Shown: positions 46,337-56,999 of the stretch, in pieces
Numbering within the stretch: position 1 is the stretch's first letter
Layout: every line of letters starts with the position of its first letter
NCBI GenBank assembly: GCA_045559735.1
Contig: JBJLJN010000014.1
Location: 97,577 to 161,576, forward strand
Origin: Candidatus Thalassarchaeum sp.
GTDB lineage: Archaea > Thermoplasmatota > Poseidoniia > Poseidoniales > Thalassarchaeaceae
Direction: 5' to 3'
DNA: 64,000 bases
The notes under the pieces: model-generated
What the model saw: only the letters and a program-made list of their open reading frames with translations
Database searches by the model: none
Told to the model about the DNA's origin: nothing
Made by a program: the position numbers and the translations under genes

Positions 46337-47044
46337 TCAGGATTCTTCCTCTTCGGACTCATCTGATTCTTCTTCTGAGGGTTCGGGCGCACTCTCTGCT
46401 GCATCCTTGACGGCATCGAGGGTCTCTTCCATCCGCTCCTTGAAGGTCTCTTGAGTTGCGAGCATCTCCTTAGCCGACTCGACTGCCCTGTCGATCATGT
46501 CGTAACGTGCCTTGATTGCCTCATTTAGCTGCTCGAACAGTTGCATGTGCTGGACGTACCAGTCATCTCGAGCCCCAAGTTCTGCATTCGCCACGCGGTT
46601 TGCTTCATCAAGTTCCTCAGCGAGCTCGAAAACTCTCCCAAGACGAGCTGACTCGCGAGAATACATCTCCTGTTGCTTCTCAAGCTCTGGCTCAAGATGT
46701 TCAATCTTCTTGGAAGACTTTGCTCCATCAAGTTCGAGCTCGTGAATTTTCGCCTCCTTGTCTGAGAGAAGGTCCTCGAGTGCCTCATAATCCACGGCTG
46801 AATCGATTAATTGCTTCTCTAAAACCTCGAATTCGGCGTTCCTCTCGGAGAACTCATCCTCGACCTTTTTGTAAGCCACATACAGCTTTTCTAGACGGTC
46901 TGTCTCTTCGGCCAGTCTCTCCTCCAACTGGCGAATTCTGACCTCAGGTGTAATTGTGCCCTCTTCCTCAGACATACGAGCCCCCCTAAGGGGCTCGACA
47001 AACGCATCCGATATAACCCCGGCGGGTTGAATGGTATCTGCCAA
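46337..47044 (-). CDS. Hypothetical coiled-coil protein with acidic Ser/Glu tail
   Basis: This 235-aa protein is E/K/L-rich and heptad-like throughout. The C-terminus reads PEPSEEESDESEEEES. I recognised no family. Confidence 0.5.
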   Translation of the reverse strand: MADTIQPAGVISDAFVEPLRGARMSEEEGTITPEVRIRQLEERLAEETDRLEKLYVAYKKVEDEFSERNAEFEVLEKQLIDSAVDYEALEDLLSDKEAKIHELELDGAKSSKKIEHLEPELEKQQEMYSRESARLGRVFELAEELDEANRVANAELGARDDWYVQHMQLFEQLNEAIKARYDMIDRAVESAKEMLATQETFKERMEETLDAVKDAAESAPEPSEEESDESEEEES

Positions 47045-47059
47045 CCGTGTTATACGGGC

Positions 47060-48472
47060 TCATTCACAGACAGCGGCTACGGTTGCAGACAGCACCGCAG
47101 TGAGCCTCTTTGAAGATGGGATGTGCAGCTTTTCATCGGGGCCGTGTGCGTTGTTTCCTGGCCCTGCAGATCCAGTACACAGGAACATGGCTTTCGGATA
47201 CTTTCCTTGCATCATGGCCATGAATGGGATAGTTCCACCTGTCCAAGAAGCCAGAGGAGGCAGCCCTGTTAGCGTCATTGCGGCCTCGTTGATTGCCTTG
47301 CTTACTCTGCCCCCCAGCGGAGGCGCGTGGAAGCCATCGGCACAAGAGTCGGGAGAGAATGTGACTTCGGCCCCGTACGGAGGGTCAGCCTCCAAAATCT
47401 GTTTGGCGTTCTCGATTACGGATTCAGAATCTACCCCAGGAGGAATCCTGAAACTCAGTTTCAGGTCGGTGTTGGTCCGCAGGACATTACCAGCCACTTG
47501 TACTGCTGGCATCCCATCAGCACCGATTATCGATAGAGTGGGTTGCCAGTTCATCGCGATAATCATGTCTGCGGTTGTGTCTGCGACCGGAACTAGGGTG
47601 TCAACCGTTGGGAATTGTTCCCATAAGCTGCTGCCGACCACATCTGCCAAAGCTGTAGCCTTCTCACGAATCTCAGTACCGATTTCGACATGCATCTCAG
47701 GGATGAGGACCTCCCCCGTAGATGAGTCCTCGACCCTGTCAAGCAGCATTCTCTGGACTCTGAACGAGGAGGGGATGGTCCCCCCTGATGTGCCTGAATG
47801 GATGCCCTCGTGAGAGACGCGGACTGATAGTGTCCCAGAAACCAAACCTCTGAGTGCCTCGGTCATCCAAACGTGGTCATAGTCTGGACCGCCACTGTCC
47901 AAGACCACAATCATGTCCGGGTCTCCGAGTTGCTCGCTCAGCGCATCCAAGTAAGGTGGGAGGTCGAACGATCCTGACTCCTCGCAGGTCTCGATCAGGA
48001 AGGAGCACCGAGGATAGGGTATGTCTGCTTCTTGGAGAAGTCTGATTGATGCGATGCATAGGTACCCTCCGTAACCGTCGTCTACTGAGCCTCTGCCGAA
48101 CAACCAAGGGTCCCTACGAACAGCCTTCAGCGGGTGGAGTCCTTCGGACCAGAGCTCAGGCTTGGATGGTTGCTTGTCTAGGTGGGAGTAGAAAATTACC
48201 TCTCCAGGTCCAGTACCCTCGATAGTAACGAGCAGAACCGGAGACTTGTCATCGATTCGGTGGACTTCATGGATTAATCCGGCGATATTCTGCTCGTCAA
48301 GCCATGAGCAGAACAGGTCAATCGTTGCATCGAGTTCTCCCAACTCCGCCCACTTAGGCTCAAAGAGCGGGGAGAGGGCAGGGATACTCACGAAGTCCAT
48401 AAGACTGGGTAGGATAGACTCCTCCCAAATCTCATCACTTCTCTCTGCCAGCGCCTCCAAGTCAATTGCCAT
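47060..48472 (-). CDS. M20-family metallopeptidase (dipeptidase/ArgE-DapE-CPG2-like)
   Basis: FYSHLDKQP, GRGSVDDGYG and ETCEESGS are metal and catalytic motifs of M20. The ATG at 48472 (MAIDLEAL...) is preferred, because the longer ORF would overlap addA. Confidence 0.85.
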   Translation of the reverse strand: MAIDLEALAERSDEIWEESILPSLMDFVSIPALSPLFEPKWAELGELDATIDLFCSWLDEQNIAGLIHEVHRIDDKSPVLLVTIEGTGPGEVIFYSHLDKQPSKPELWSEGLHPLKAVRRDPWLFGRGSVDDGYGGYLCIASIRLLQEADIPYPRCSFLIETCEESGSFDLPPYLDALSEQLGDPDMIVVLDSGGPDYDHVWMTEALRGLVSGTLSVRVSHEGIHSGTSGGTIPSSFRVQRMLLDRVEDSSTGEVLIPEMHVEIGTEIREKATALADVVGSSLWEQFPTVDTLVPVADTTADMIIAMNWQPTLSIIGADGMPAVQVAGNVLRTNTDLKLSFRIPPGVDSESVIENAKQILEADPPYGAEVTFSPDSCADGFHAPPLGGRVSKAINEAAMTLTGLPPLASWTGGTIPFMAMMQGKYPKAMFLCTGSAGPGNNAHGPDEKLHIPSSKRLTAVLSATVAAVCE

Positions 48473-48516
48473 GGTCCTGTGTGTGGGACTGGGCAAATGG
48501 ATTCTTCGTCTCAGCA

Positions 48517-51500
48517 CTATGTATCTTGCGGGCCGCAAATGGGAATAGGGCCTCTGCTGAACGGGCATCTGTCGCACACCTCAGACGAATCGAAAGTCAA
48601 TCTCTCGAACCTTGATAGTGGCATTGAGGAAGACAGTGACATCGTGGCGCTCCTCTCAAGCAGGACGTCTAGATTCGAGAGAGAATGTGCAAGCATCTCT
48701 TCGGGATACTCGACCATCCTGCCTGTTACACCGACCAGGATAGCAGGCGGCAGTACCCGACGTGCTGGCATTCCCTGAGCCGCTCTAGCGTGTTCGATGC
48801 TTTTCAAAGCGCGATAGTAGAGGGCGAGTTGTAGACCGTGTTTGCTAAGAATCTCGACCTCTGCCTCATTTGCAGGTCCGGATTCCTCGGAGCCAAGGGT
48901 CTCGATTAGAGCACTGGGGGAGTCGGAGTCAATCGATCCGGCGCCTTCGGTCTTGAGGTCCACGGCACGGATGGCGGGTTGGCCGTCCGAAGTAGCCGTG
49001 CAAACTACGAGATCGATGATTCCACTCATCTCAACGACTGCGCCGTCGTGACTGGTCATCGGAATATTCCCATCAGGGCTCCACCTATGTCTGATTGAAC
49101 CTTTGATATCTACATCGATTGAGATATGGAATGGCATCTCAGTCCTTATTGCCTCCAATCTATGATTGTGAACTACATCCTTGCGAATCATTGCGCCAAG
49201 AAGTCCAGAGTTGATGCGGTCGGCCATCATCGTTACCAATTCAGCGGTCCTATCCGCGTCAGCATCAGGTGGCAGTAACTCATTGAATACCGTCTCGTGA
49301 ATCTTGGGGTCGTTGATTCTGTCCTCTCGCTGGATGGTCCACGATGGTAGCAGAGGTGCGCTTGGACTCAGACCATCGAGTCCGGGATTCCCCAGTCCAA
49401 TCTCCAGTACCCTGTGGAATATCGTACCGAATGTCGCAGGGTCGACTTTGCTTGGCAGCCCATTCGAATCCGCAGTCATCTCAGAGGGCATTATCGGATC
49501 CGGACTCAGCCCACCTCTAGTCTCGTACCACTGTCTCCTAGCGCACTCGTCGAATACAGGGAGGCGGTTTGGAGAGACTGTTATCCGGGGTGCGGCATCA
49601 ACGCGAGGAGTAATGGTTGATTCAGAAGCTTGACCTGATGATCTAGCAGCATCGTCCATCCTCTCGATTCGCTGTAGGGGAGTCAATACGGATTCCTCGG
49701 TTTCGAAGCAGTCGGGATGGTGCAAGATGATCATACCATCGAGGGCCTGCGAATCCCCTAGTGAACCGTTGGCCACCATCCTTACTGGATTGAAGTTGCG
49801 GGCCCCCCTATTCCTGAAGGGTTGTGGATCTTCCACATCCTCCTCATCAATCCATGGTGAGTCGGTCTCGGCTCTCCTAAGTGATCCCTGCCGCAGAGAC
49901 TCCATCCACATCTGCCCCAACTGCGGTAGCGCCTTGTCATATGCCCATGGCACTGTGAGTCCGGTGCCTTCGTCCCAAGCAGTCCTACGAGGTGATCCGA
50001 CTATCACGAGTCTGTTCTCGGCCCTAGTGGCTCCGACATACAGAAGTCTCCTCGCCTCAGCGCTCTTGCGGGCCCGGTGTAGCCAGCTGACATGATTCCA
50101 GACCGCTGACTGAGGTGAGCTCTTGCCCGGCCAGGGCTTTGGATTCCCTGAGAACATCTCGGGACTGACAATCAATCGGCTCATGTTCTCATTCGTCATG
50201 TTGGTCTGCCTGTTCGAGAACAGGTCCACGAGGAAGACCACCTTGGCCTCAAGTCCCTTTGCGCTGTGGATGGTCATAACTCTCACAGCATCACTGGGCG
50301 GTGTATTGACCGCCTCGATGGCCCCAGAGTTGTCCTCTCTCAGGTCACGGATTCGGTCGGCGAGTACCATCGGATCGCCACCGACTTCATGGGAGAGTCC
50401 TCTGACCATCTCGACGAAATGCTCGGCATCTTGAATGGATACAGGATCATGATAACCTACTATGAGGTCGGAGTGGTCTATGGTCTCCTCAAGTAAATCG
50501 ATGACTCGCCCGCAGGATGCGAGTTCCCTCCACCTCGCGATCAATGTCCTTAGCCTATCAGTAGGGCAGTGTTCGGACAATCGCTGCAATAGGTCCTCTC
50601 CTCTTCTCGCACCATCGAGGTAGGATTGCATTTCAGAGTCATTCAATCCAATGATTGGAGAGCGAGCTACCCAAGCCGCACTGTGTCGTGAAGTAGGTCG
50701 AGCGATGAGCTGTAGGAGCCCTTCCAAAGCGTGGACTGCGGGCCTCTCCAGCAGTCCTCCTTCACGATCTGCTTGAGCCGGGACGCCGTGATCGCGAAGA
50801 TGTCTGATGACTGTGTCCCTGATGTTTGGCCTGGTCGGAAGTAGGATCATGATGTCACTGGGATCGACTGGTTCATCCGCCTCAACCTCGTGCCAGCTCC
50901 CATCGGCGGCTCTCACTCTGACCGGTTCTCCTAGAATCAGGCTACGAACCCGCAGTGCCACCATCAATGCCTGACGCTCTAGAGGATCTGGTGGCCCGGG
51001 GCCAAACGGATCCAGAGGAACAGTCAGGTCTGTTGGAGGATCCTTCTCTCCACCGGTCGAAAGGGGGCATATCCACTCTATGGTCCCCGAGTCATCTTGC
51101 TTGTCAGGATCTGCGAACAGAGTCTGAGGAGTGGCATAGAAGTCGGCTGATGGGAACAGTCTGTGACGGTGAGATAGGATGTCCTCCCACCACTCGTTCA
51201 TCGCCCTGAGAAGGCCTCCGCTGGTGCGGTAGTTGACTTGCAAGGAAACCATTCCTCGTCTGCGTCGCTTTACCTCGTGCTCTCCGGGCGGAGGTAGGTT
51301 TCGGTCAGAGGCATTGAAGGGTATCCAAGGAACTAGGTCTCTGCCTCCTTTCTCCATATGCTCGCTGGCCTTGGCTATGGTCAGTGCATGGGCGTTTCTT
51401 GGGTCACGGCTGTGCGAATCCCTGCGAAGAGCTGGTTTACGCACGAGTGCGGAGACGCTGGCCATCTCGTGATCATTGACAAGCATCAGCTGGCGGGCGT

Positions 51501-53433
51501 ACTCGAGGAATCCTGTCACTTCTGCCTGTCTGAAGGCGTAGATGCTCTGCTTGACATCGCCAACATAGCATACGGTGGGCTGCCAGGGTGTGTCTGGTGT
51601 CTCAGGTTCTCCCTCCTCAACTCTTCTCTCACCCCACAGCCTCGCCAGCAATCTCCACTGGAGCGGGGAATTGTCTTGGGCCTCATCAATGATGAATGCC
51701 CTGTACCTCCTCCTAATCGACCTGAGCAGTTCGTACCTGTACTGCAGATCGTTGCGTATAGCCCCAAGGTCTGATGCTGCCTCACCGGCAAGCATCGGTT
51801 CGGCCTCAAGCCTCTCAAGGGTTTCAAAGGCCGTATGGATATGGTCATCGGTCCAAGGCCTATCAGAAATCGAATCTAGGGCGTTCTGCAGGGACTCCGG
51901 ATAGAACGCCCTGCATGTAGAGGGGCAGTTGGTAAGCAGAAGGTCTCCAGCCAGCCTCTGAATGTCGTCGAAGTCGTGTACCTCATCCCTCTCCTTGAGC
52001 TTCTGCAATATGCCCTTGAACCCGTGATGCACGAGATACAGGTCCTCTAGATTCCTCACCTCGTCCTTCAGTCTGAATCCGAACGACTCTGGTGGAGCAT
52101 CGAGGCGTTCGGGCAGGGGATCTGGCAAAGGAGTCACCGTTGGTCTCCAGATGTCTGGTGTGGCCGGAGGTCTAGTACCGTCAAGGAACATAGCGAGTCT
52201 GGTGAAATGCAGAACCAAGAGGCCCGGATCGGAGGACCAACTTCCTTTCAGTTCATCTGATATTTCCTTGAATCCCGACTTCACGTGCTCCTTTGTAGTA
52301 CGGTCCTTGATGCTAGATACCTTATCGATTCCTGCCACCCATTCATCAGAAGGCAGGTTGTTGTAGGGAAGGAAAGAAAGAATACCCTTTCTCAGAGAAC
52401 CGCCACGATTCAGAGTACACTCGAGTACGTGCCCCAGCCAAACGAGTTGTTTCCATGGGTCATCGGGCAGATCCTCAGTGGAGAGTTCGTCAAGACATGC
52501 CATCCTCGACTCCGCTGGCCATCCGTCCAAGGCTATTACCGCTGAATTATCCTTCACCAGTTCGCAGAACCTGCTGATTATAGAATGGATTAATTCCGCG
52601 TGGTGGCGTATATCGTTCGGGTCAATTGATGCCATAATCTGCTGGTGCAGCAGATCGGGAGAGAACCGATCTCCTTCCTTCAGACTACTCGATGCCTCTT
52701 CTATGAAGACGGACTTGTCAACCAGACTACGCAGGACCTTTGCTGCCGTCCACCTGCCAGAGTAGTGGCTTGCTATGCGGTCCCGAGCGGCTAGGATGTC
52801 AGGTGCCATCCTGGAAGGCAACCCTGCATCGACGGACTCTCCGATTCGAGACATAGAGCTGGGCAGCCGCCATAGGATATTGAGAGCAGATTCGACTAGC
52901 AGTGCTCGACCCGCTTCGGAGACGTTATCGCGGCTGAGGGCATCACCCAGTAACCCGCGATAGGGTGAGACGAGTCGGTTCAGGAACGAGTCGATGGTTC
53001 CTATAGGAGCATCCTCCAACAAAGTCAGGAGCTGTTCGCCGAAACCTGGGTCTCTGATTCTCGGGTCGCTCCTTCCGGCCTCATCCGAGCCGGCTGGTCC
53101 GGGCCTCAATCCGGCGATATCACTTCTCAGACGATCCCTCATCTCGTCAGCAGCTCGGTTGGTGAAGGTCAGCAGCACAACCTCTCCGGGAAGTAACCCT
53201 CCCCATTCCCTAAGGTCGATTCTCTCAGAAGATGGGGCGGTAATCATTCCCCCGGGAAGTCTCGCGGGTCGCTCTGGAGTAGGTAGTATCCTAGTCGCCC
53301 TTTGATCCTCTGTTAGATAGTGCTCAATCACTCTGTGCACGATAGTGCTGGTCTTTCCGGTTCCAGCTCCTGCGTCAATCACAATGTGTGAGTCAATGTT
53401 CAGTGCAAAGCGCTGAGCTGTGTTCAGGCGCAT
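48517..53433 (-). CDS. addA: AddA/RecB-like SF1 (UvrD-type) helicase fused to a C-terminal PD-(D/E)XK nuclease
   Basis: The helicase motifs are DAGAGTGKTS, FTNRAADEM, IIDEAQDNSP, VGDVKQSIYAFRQA, VNYRTSGG, TIHSAKGLEAKVVF and LYVGATRAENRLV. The nuclease motifs are GIIDLVV, AVDLKTE and LQLALYY, followed by the terminal CDRCPFSRGPIPIC. Confidence 0.85.
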   Translation of the reverse strand: MRLNTAQRFALNIDSHIVIDAGAGTGKTSTIVHRVIEHYLTEDQRATRILPTPERPARLPGGMITAPSSERIDLREWGGLLPGEVVLLTFTNRAADEMRDRLRSDIAGLRPGPAGSDEAGRSDPRIRDPGFGEQLLTLLEDAPIGTIDSFLNRLVSPYRGLLGDALSRDNVSEAGRALLVESALNILWRLPSSMSRIGESVDAGLPSRMAPDILAARDRIASHYSGRWTAAKVLRSLVDKSVFIEEASSSLKEGDRFSPDLLHQQIMASIDPNDIRHHAELIHSIISRFCELVKDNSAVIALDGWPAESRMACLDELSTEDLPDDPWKQLVWLGHVLECTLNRGGSLRKGILSFLPYNNLPSDEWVAGIDKVSSIKDRTTKEHVKSGFKEISDELKGSWSSDPGLLVLHFTRLAMFLDGTRPPATPDIWRPTVTPLPDPLPERLDAPPESFGFRLKDEVRNLEDLYLVHHGFKGILQKLKERDEVHDFDDIQRLAGDLLLTNCPSTCRAFYPESLQNALDSISDRPWTDDHIHTAFETLERLEAEPMLAGEAASDLGAIRNDLQYRYELLRSIRRRYRAFIIDEAQDNSPLQWRLLARLWGERRVEEGEPETPDTPWQPTVCYVGDVKQSIYAFRQAEVTGFLEYARQLMLVNDHEMASVSALVRKPALRRDSHSRDPRNAHALTIAKASEHMEKGGRDLVPWIPFNASDRNLPPPGEHEVKRRRRGMVSLQVNYRTSGGLLRAMNEWWEDILSHRHRLFPSADFYATPQTLFADPDKQDDSGTIEWICPLSTGGEKDPPTDLTVPLDPFGPGPPDPLERQALMVALRVRSLILGEPVRVRAADGSWHEVEADEPVDPSDIMILLPTRPNIRDTVIRHLRDHGVPAQADREGGLLERPAVHALEGLLQLIARPTSRHSAAWVARSPIIGLNDSEMQSYLDGARRGEDLLQRLSEHCPTDRLRTLIARWRELASCGRVIDLLEETIDHSDLIVGYHDPVSIQDAEHFVEMVRGLSHEVGGDPMVLADRIRDLREDNSGAIEAVNTPPSDAVRVMTIHSAKGLEAKVVFLVDLFSNRQTNMTNENMSRLIVSPEMFSGNPKPWPGKSSPQSAVWNHVSWLHRARKSAEARRLLYVGATRAENRLVIVGSPRRTAWDEGTGLTVPWAYDKALPQLGQMWMESLRQGSLRRAETDSPWIDEEDVEDPQPFRNRGARNFNPVRMVANGSLGDSQALDGMIILHHPDCFETEESVLTPLQRIERMDDAARSSGQASESTITPRVDAAPRITVSPNRLPVFDECARRQWYETRGGLSPDPIMPSEMTADSNGLPSKVDPATFGTIFHRVLEIGLGNPGLDGLSPSAPLLPSWTIQREDRINDPKIHETVFNELLPPDADADRTAELVTMMADRINSGLLGAMIRKDVVHNHRLEAIRTEMPFHISIDVDIKGSIRHRWSPDGNIPMTSHDGAVVEMSGIIDLVVCTATSDGQPAIRAVDLKTEGAGSIDSDSPSALIETLGSEESGPANEAEVEILSKHGLQLALYYRALKSIEHARAAQGMPARRVLPPAILVGVTGRMVEYPEEMLAHSLSNLDVLLERSATMSLSSSMPLSRFERLTFDSSEVCDRCPFSRGPIPICGPQDT

Positions 53434-56400
53434 CAGAATCTCCCCTCCATCCTGACATCACAGGCATTACTGACCGGGCAGTAGGAGCAGACTCCCTCTG
53501 AAGGAGTGGGGTGGACTCTGCCTTCGGCAGCTCCACGAGCTGCTCGCAGGGCGACCGTCAGACGATGAGTGAGCCATGCTCTGAAGTGGTCACTATCCGG
53601 AGACGGTGGCTCATCGATGAAACGGAATAGGGGGGCAGTGATACTTGTACGGGTTCCTATGCTATCTTGGTCGCCTACGTGATTGGAAGATACTTCGACC
53701 ATATGTTCGGTCTCATGACTGAACAGGGAGATTCCCGCCGCTACGACTAGATCTCCTGGATGAGCAATCTCCCAAGCTCTCGCGTAAAGGGCCAATTGAA
53801 GCTCCTGCAGAAGACCTTCCGAATGGCGATCTTTCGCTGTCTTGCTCTCAGAGGTCTTCAAGTCTCTGATGGCGATTAGCCTTCGGGGATTCCACCCCGA
53901 GCCTTGCAACCTGAGGGGCGCTACGGTTTCGTCGCCATCCTGATTCACCCAAGTGCCGGTTCCAGAATTCAAGGGCAGGGCATCGACGCGATCGATTAGT
54001 CCCCTAACTCGAATGGAAGGAAGTTTCTCGCCCGAGAACTCTGGTGGGACAGAGATGGTGATGCCCTCATCGTCGAAGTCAGACATGTCCCATTCGAGGC
54101 ATAGCGGAGCGACATCACAGAGACCCGCCTCTGCTCGAACGATGGTTCCGATTCTGCCAGAGCTCCGGGTATCTGCAGGACTGGCGAGCCAGTCATTCCA
54201 CTCTGACCTTTCGAAGCCAGTGAGTATTCTGAGTCTGTGATTTGAGACTGCATCAGTCCAATCGAGCCATGGTGCCCTCGAGTCGAGAGACTCCAGTGCT
54301 ACCCTCATCATCTCGTCCTCACTGAACTCGGATGAAGATACGCTGAGAGGGGTTTCATCGTCTAATTGTCTTTCAGTGCCAATCTCCATTCCCAATGTAC
54401 TGCAGATTATATCGTGATGCACCATGTGAAGTAACTCTCCGTGAGTGCGTGGATCGAGGTCCTCGGACTGACGTTCGTCCTGATTGGATCTCAGACTACT
54501 GGAGAGCCAGCCCATTCGGGGACAGCGTAGCCAATCGTGCAATCTGCTTGGAGACCATATCCTCACCGTCTGCTCGGCTCCCGAAAGGTGTCCGTGCCTT
54601 GCATCGCTGATTTGAGCCCCCGTCTCATTGGGAGTGATTGGCCTATAATCGATAGAAGGTGTTCTCTTTCCTCCATCGGTGAACCCCCCTATCACTGGCC
54701 ACCTCTGGTTTGAACGAGGGGATTCCACGCCAGCTGGTGTAGTGCGGGAATAGTCAGATACTTCAGCAGAAAGAAGGTGTGATCTGGCTGACTGCGGCAG
54801 GTAGCCGTCTTTGTCACTGTGCTTTGGTTCCCTGCGCTCTCTATCCCTCTGGAGGGATGAATCAAGTGAGATGGTGACTGCGTCGGGGTTGAGGGGTGCT
54901 CTAGTTGCTGCAATCATCTGATTCATCATGGCGCCTTCCAAACACCTCTCTCTTCTCGGGTCGAGAGGTGATTCAGGAGTGAAGGTGAACAATTCGGCCT
55001 CGTTCTTCGAGTCGTTAGCCGTAGCCCATTCCCTCAAAGGCGCGGCGGGGGGAGAAGTGTCATCGAGGGATGGATCGAGCAGAATCACTTCGTTAGCTGA
55101 AGCAAGGATACTCTCTAGGTAGTGTCTGGCGTCCCTAATCGGGCCGTCAGGGCGTAGAAGTCCCTCGGTGTGCCTCTCCTCTTCGCCGAGGAAGGCCATC
55201 CTATGCACGCTGAGGTCCCATGAGGAGCTAGAGAGATTCGCCATGATGATGCAATCTGCAGTGCATCCCAGAGACTCGGCTGGGGTTAGCAGAATGGCTC
55301 TTTCAGTGAAGGATGTGGTACTATCATCGACTTCGGAGCGGCTAAGGAGATAGTCGAACTCATCCACCCAGTCTGGACCAGATTCGGGGGCATACAGTCC
55401 GAGGCTAGACTGATGAGAACGCAGGGTCCGGTGATCTCTGATGATGGCCTGTGCTACTGCCGCGGGAGTAGTGCCATCGCCGTCGCTTGGCTCCATCAGA
55501 GATTCAAAATCGGTCGAACGTAGCAGTAGGTTCAGCCAACCATCGCCATCTGCTGCTGGCTTGAAGCGCGTAAGGATCTCTCCTGTCTCGCAGCCGATCG
55601 CAATGCTCTCGTCGGAGAGAGCTATCAAATCCTCACGGTTCAACAGAGGACGCAGGGACTCGGCTAGGCAGAGTAGCCACCACTGAGTGGATTCCTTGGA
55701 TATGTGATCGTACTTCGAGGTTGCTGGACGCGAGAGGGTTTGAAGCCACCTCCCGAGAGTTCCCGGTCCACCTAAGACGTGGTCATCCCTAGCCAGCCGT
55801 GTCAGAATCTCAGGGTCGGCAATTGGCCTTATACTATCATTTGAGGGGTGCTCAAAGGACGTTTCGAAGGGCTTGATTTTCGATTGTATTGCCAGAGATC
55901 TAACTGCTTTCAAGCAGAAGGCATCAGGGCCGTGAGATAGGTTAGCCAAGATGCCAATCCAATGACCGAGAGGATGCGATGCGGATGGCATCTTGGAGCT
56001 CGGCGCCTCTATTCCTATTGACTTCAGTCTCTGACTCCATTTTTGTAGATTAGAATCCAATGCCGGATCGACGATAGCTATCGTCGAATCTGGGTTCCTC
56101 CTCAAACGCTCATCAGCAAGTACAATCGCTGCTTCGAACGAGTGTTCCTCTCTCTGCAGTAAAAGTCTGGTAACCGAGTTATCGGAAGTGGAGTGGTCGG
56201 GATGGTGGGGTGGAATCCAATCAGGTAGTTGCGAACCATCTGTGATTGGGTGCTCATCTACCAGCATCAGTCCGTGATGACCCAATCTGAAGTTACCTGG
56301 ATGAGTCAGTTGATGGATAGGGCGATGATGGGACAATGCCAGCAGCATATCAATCTCACACCTAGGCATACAAGGTGGGTGGTCGAGCATCACGATTCCA

Positions 56401-56999
56401 TCCACATCGAGCAGTGTGAAGGGGGTGTCCGAATCATCCAGGCCTTCTATTACTCGCTGTGTGGCCATGTCTGGATGGGTTCCCCCCAGTCTATCCTCTA
56501 GGTCAGTGATTACTCTCCTGAAGGAGGCTATTCCAGGCCCATTCCACTTTTTGGTTGCTGATTGCTCACAGAGATAGGAGTGCAGCTCGGAGAGTGCAGC
56601 AGTCTTGCCCCTACCCCACCTCATCTCCGGTAGCGGATTGATGAGAGGGAATGCCAGTTCCGAAGCGGCTTTGCTGCATTCATCGTGCAAGATGATCTCA
56701 AAGGGTGCCTCAGTGCTCAGTATCCTTGGCACCCTCAGGTCCGCCAGTAGTGATGAGCGGAGTGAGGCTATGGTGTGGTGCAGGGTCTTGTCCACCGCAT
56801 GACCGTTTTGAATCTCAGACAGCGTTTGGCGTCTGGATGTCTCAGTGGGATAAATTACGAGCAATCTGCTCTGGTGGCTCGTCTCATCCATGGGGCCAAG
56901 GGATTGGGCTGATAGGTGAATGCGTAACCAGTCAGGAATCCTACCTCGCGGAACCTCTTCACAGGTCACCTGAACATCGGATTCGTTGGCCATGAGCAT
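53433..56999 (-). CDS. addB: AddB-like subunit: degenerate helicase-like N-terminal region plus C-terminal RecB-family nuclease with a Cys4 (Fe-S type) pattern
   Basis: The nuclease motifs are GLIDRVD, IRDLKTS and LQLALYARA. The Cys set is LRCPRMGW ... CSYCPVSNAC (C...C-x2-C-x5-C). No Walker A is visible. The stop overlaps the addA ATG (TGATG). Confidence 0.7.
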   Translation of the reverse strand: MLMANESDVQVTCEEVPRGRIPDWLRIHLSAQSLGPMDETSHQSRLLVIYPTETSRRQTLSEIQNGHAVDKTLHHTIASLRSSLLADLRVPRILSTEAPFEIILHDECSKAASELAFPLINPLPEMRWGRGKTAALSELHSYLCEQSATKKWNGPGIASFRRVITDLEDRLGGTHPDMATQRVIEGLDDSDTPFTLLDVDGIVMLDHPPCMPRCEIDMLLALSHHRPIHQLTHPGNFRLGHHGLMLVDEHPITDGSQLPDWIPPHHPDHSTSDNSVTRLLLQREEHSFEAAIVLADERLRRNPDSTIAIVDPALDSNLQKWSQRLKSIGIEAPSSKMPSASHPLGHWIGILANLSHGPDAFCLKAVRSLAIQSKIKPFETSFEHPSNDSIRPIADPEILTRLARDDHVLGGPGTLGRWLQTLSRPATSKYDHISKESTQWWLLCLAESLRPLLNREDLIALSDESIAIGCETGEILTRFKPAADGDGWLNLLLRSTDFESLMEPSDGDGTTPAAVAQAIIRDHRTLRSHQSSLGLYAPESGPDWVDEFDYLLSRSEVDDSTTSFTERAILLTPAESLGCTADCIIMANLSSSSWDLSVHRMAFLGEEERHTEGLLRPDGPIRDARHYLESILASANEVILLDPSLDDTSPPAAPLREWATANDSKNEAELFTFTPESPLDPRRERCLEGAMMNQMIAATRAPLNPDAVTISLDSSLQRDRERREPKHSDKDGYLPQSARSHLLSAEVSDYSRTTPAGVESPRSNQRWPVIGGFTDGGKRTPSIDYRPITPNETGAQISDARHGHLSGAEQTVRIWSPSRLHDWLRCPRMGWLSSSLRSNQDERQSEDLDPRTHGELLHMVHHDIICSTLGMEIGTERQLDDETPLSVSSSEFSEDEMMRVALESLDSRAPWLDWTDAVSNHRLRILTGFERSEWNDWLASPADTRSSGRIGTIVRAEAGLCDVAPLCLEWDMSDFDDEGITISVPPEFSGEKLPSIRVRGLIDRVDALPLNSGTGTWVNQDGDETVAPLRLQGSGWNPRRLIAIRDLKTSESKTAKDRHSEGLLQELQLALYARAWEIAHPGDLVVAAGISLFSHETEHMVEVSSNHVGDQDSIGTRTSITAPLFRFIDEPPSPDSDHFRAWLTHRLTVALRAARGAAEGRVHPTPSEGVCSYCPVSNACDVRMEGRF

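Noticed and set aside
47031-47813. A 260-aa plus-strand ORF.
   Set aside because: It lies antisense to the M20 peptidase, which has clear catalytic motifs. The ORF itself has no motifs and a Ser/Ala/Pro-biased composition.
48473-48577. The long form of the M20 peptidase ORF, which overlaps the addA 3-prime end by 61 nt.
   Set aside because: The extension (MRQMPVQQRPYSHLRPARYIVLRRRIHLPSPTHRT) is Arg/Pro-rich and does not resemble an M20 N-terminus. The ATG at 48472 gives a normal M20 N-terminus and a 44-nt spacer.
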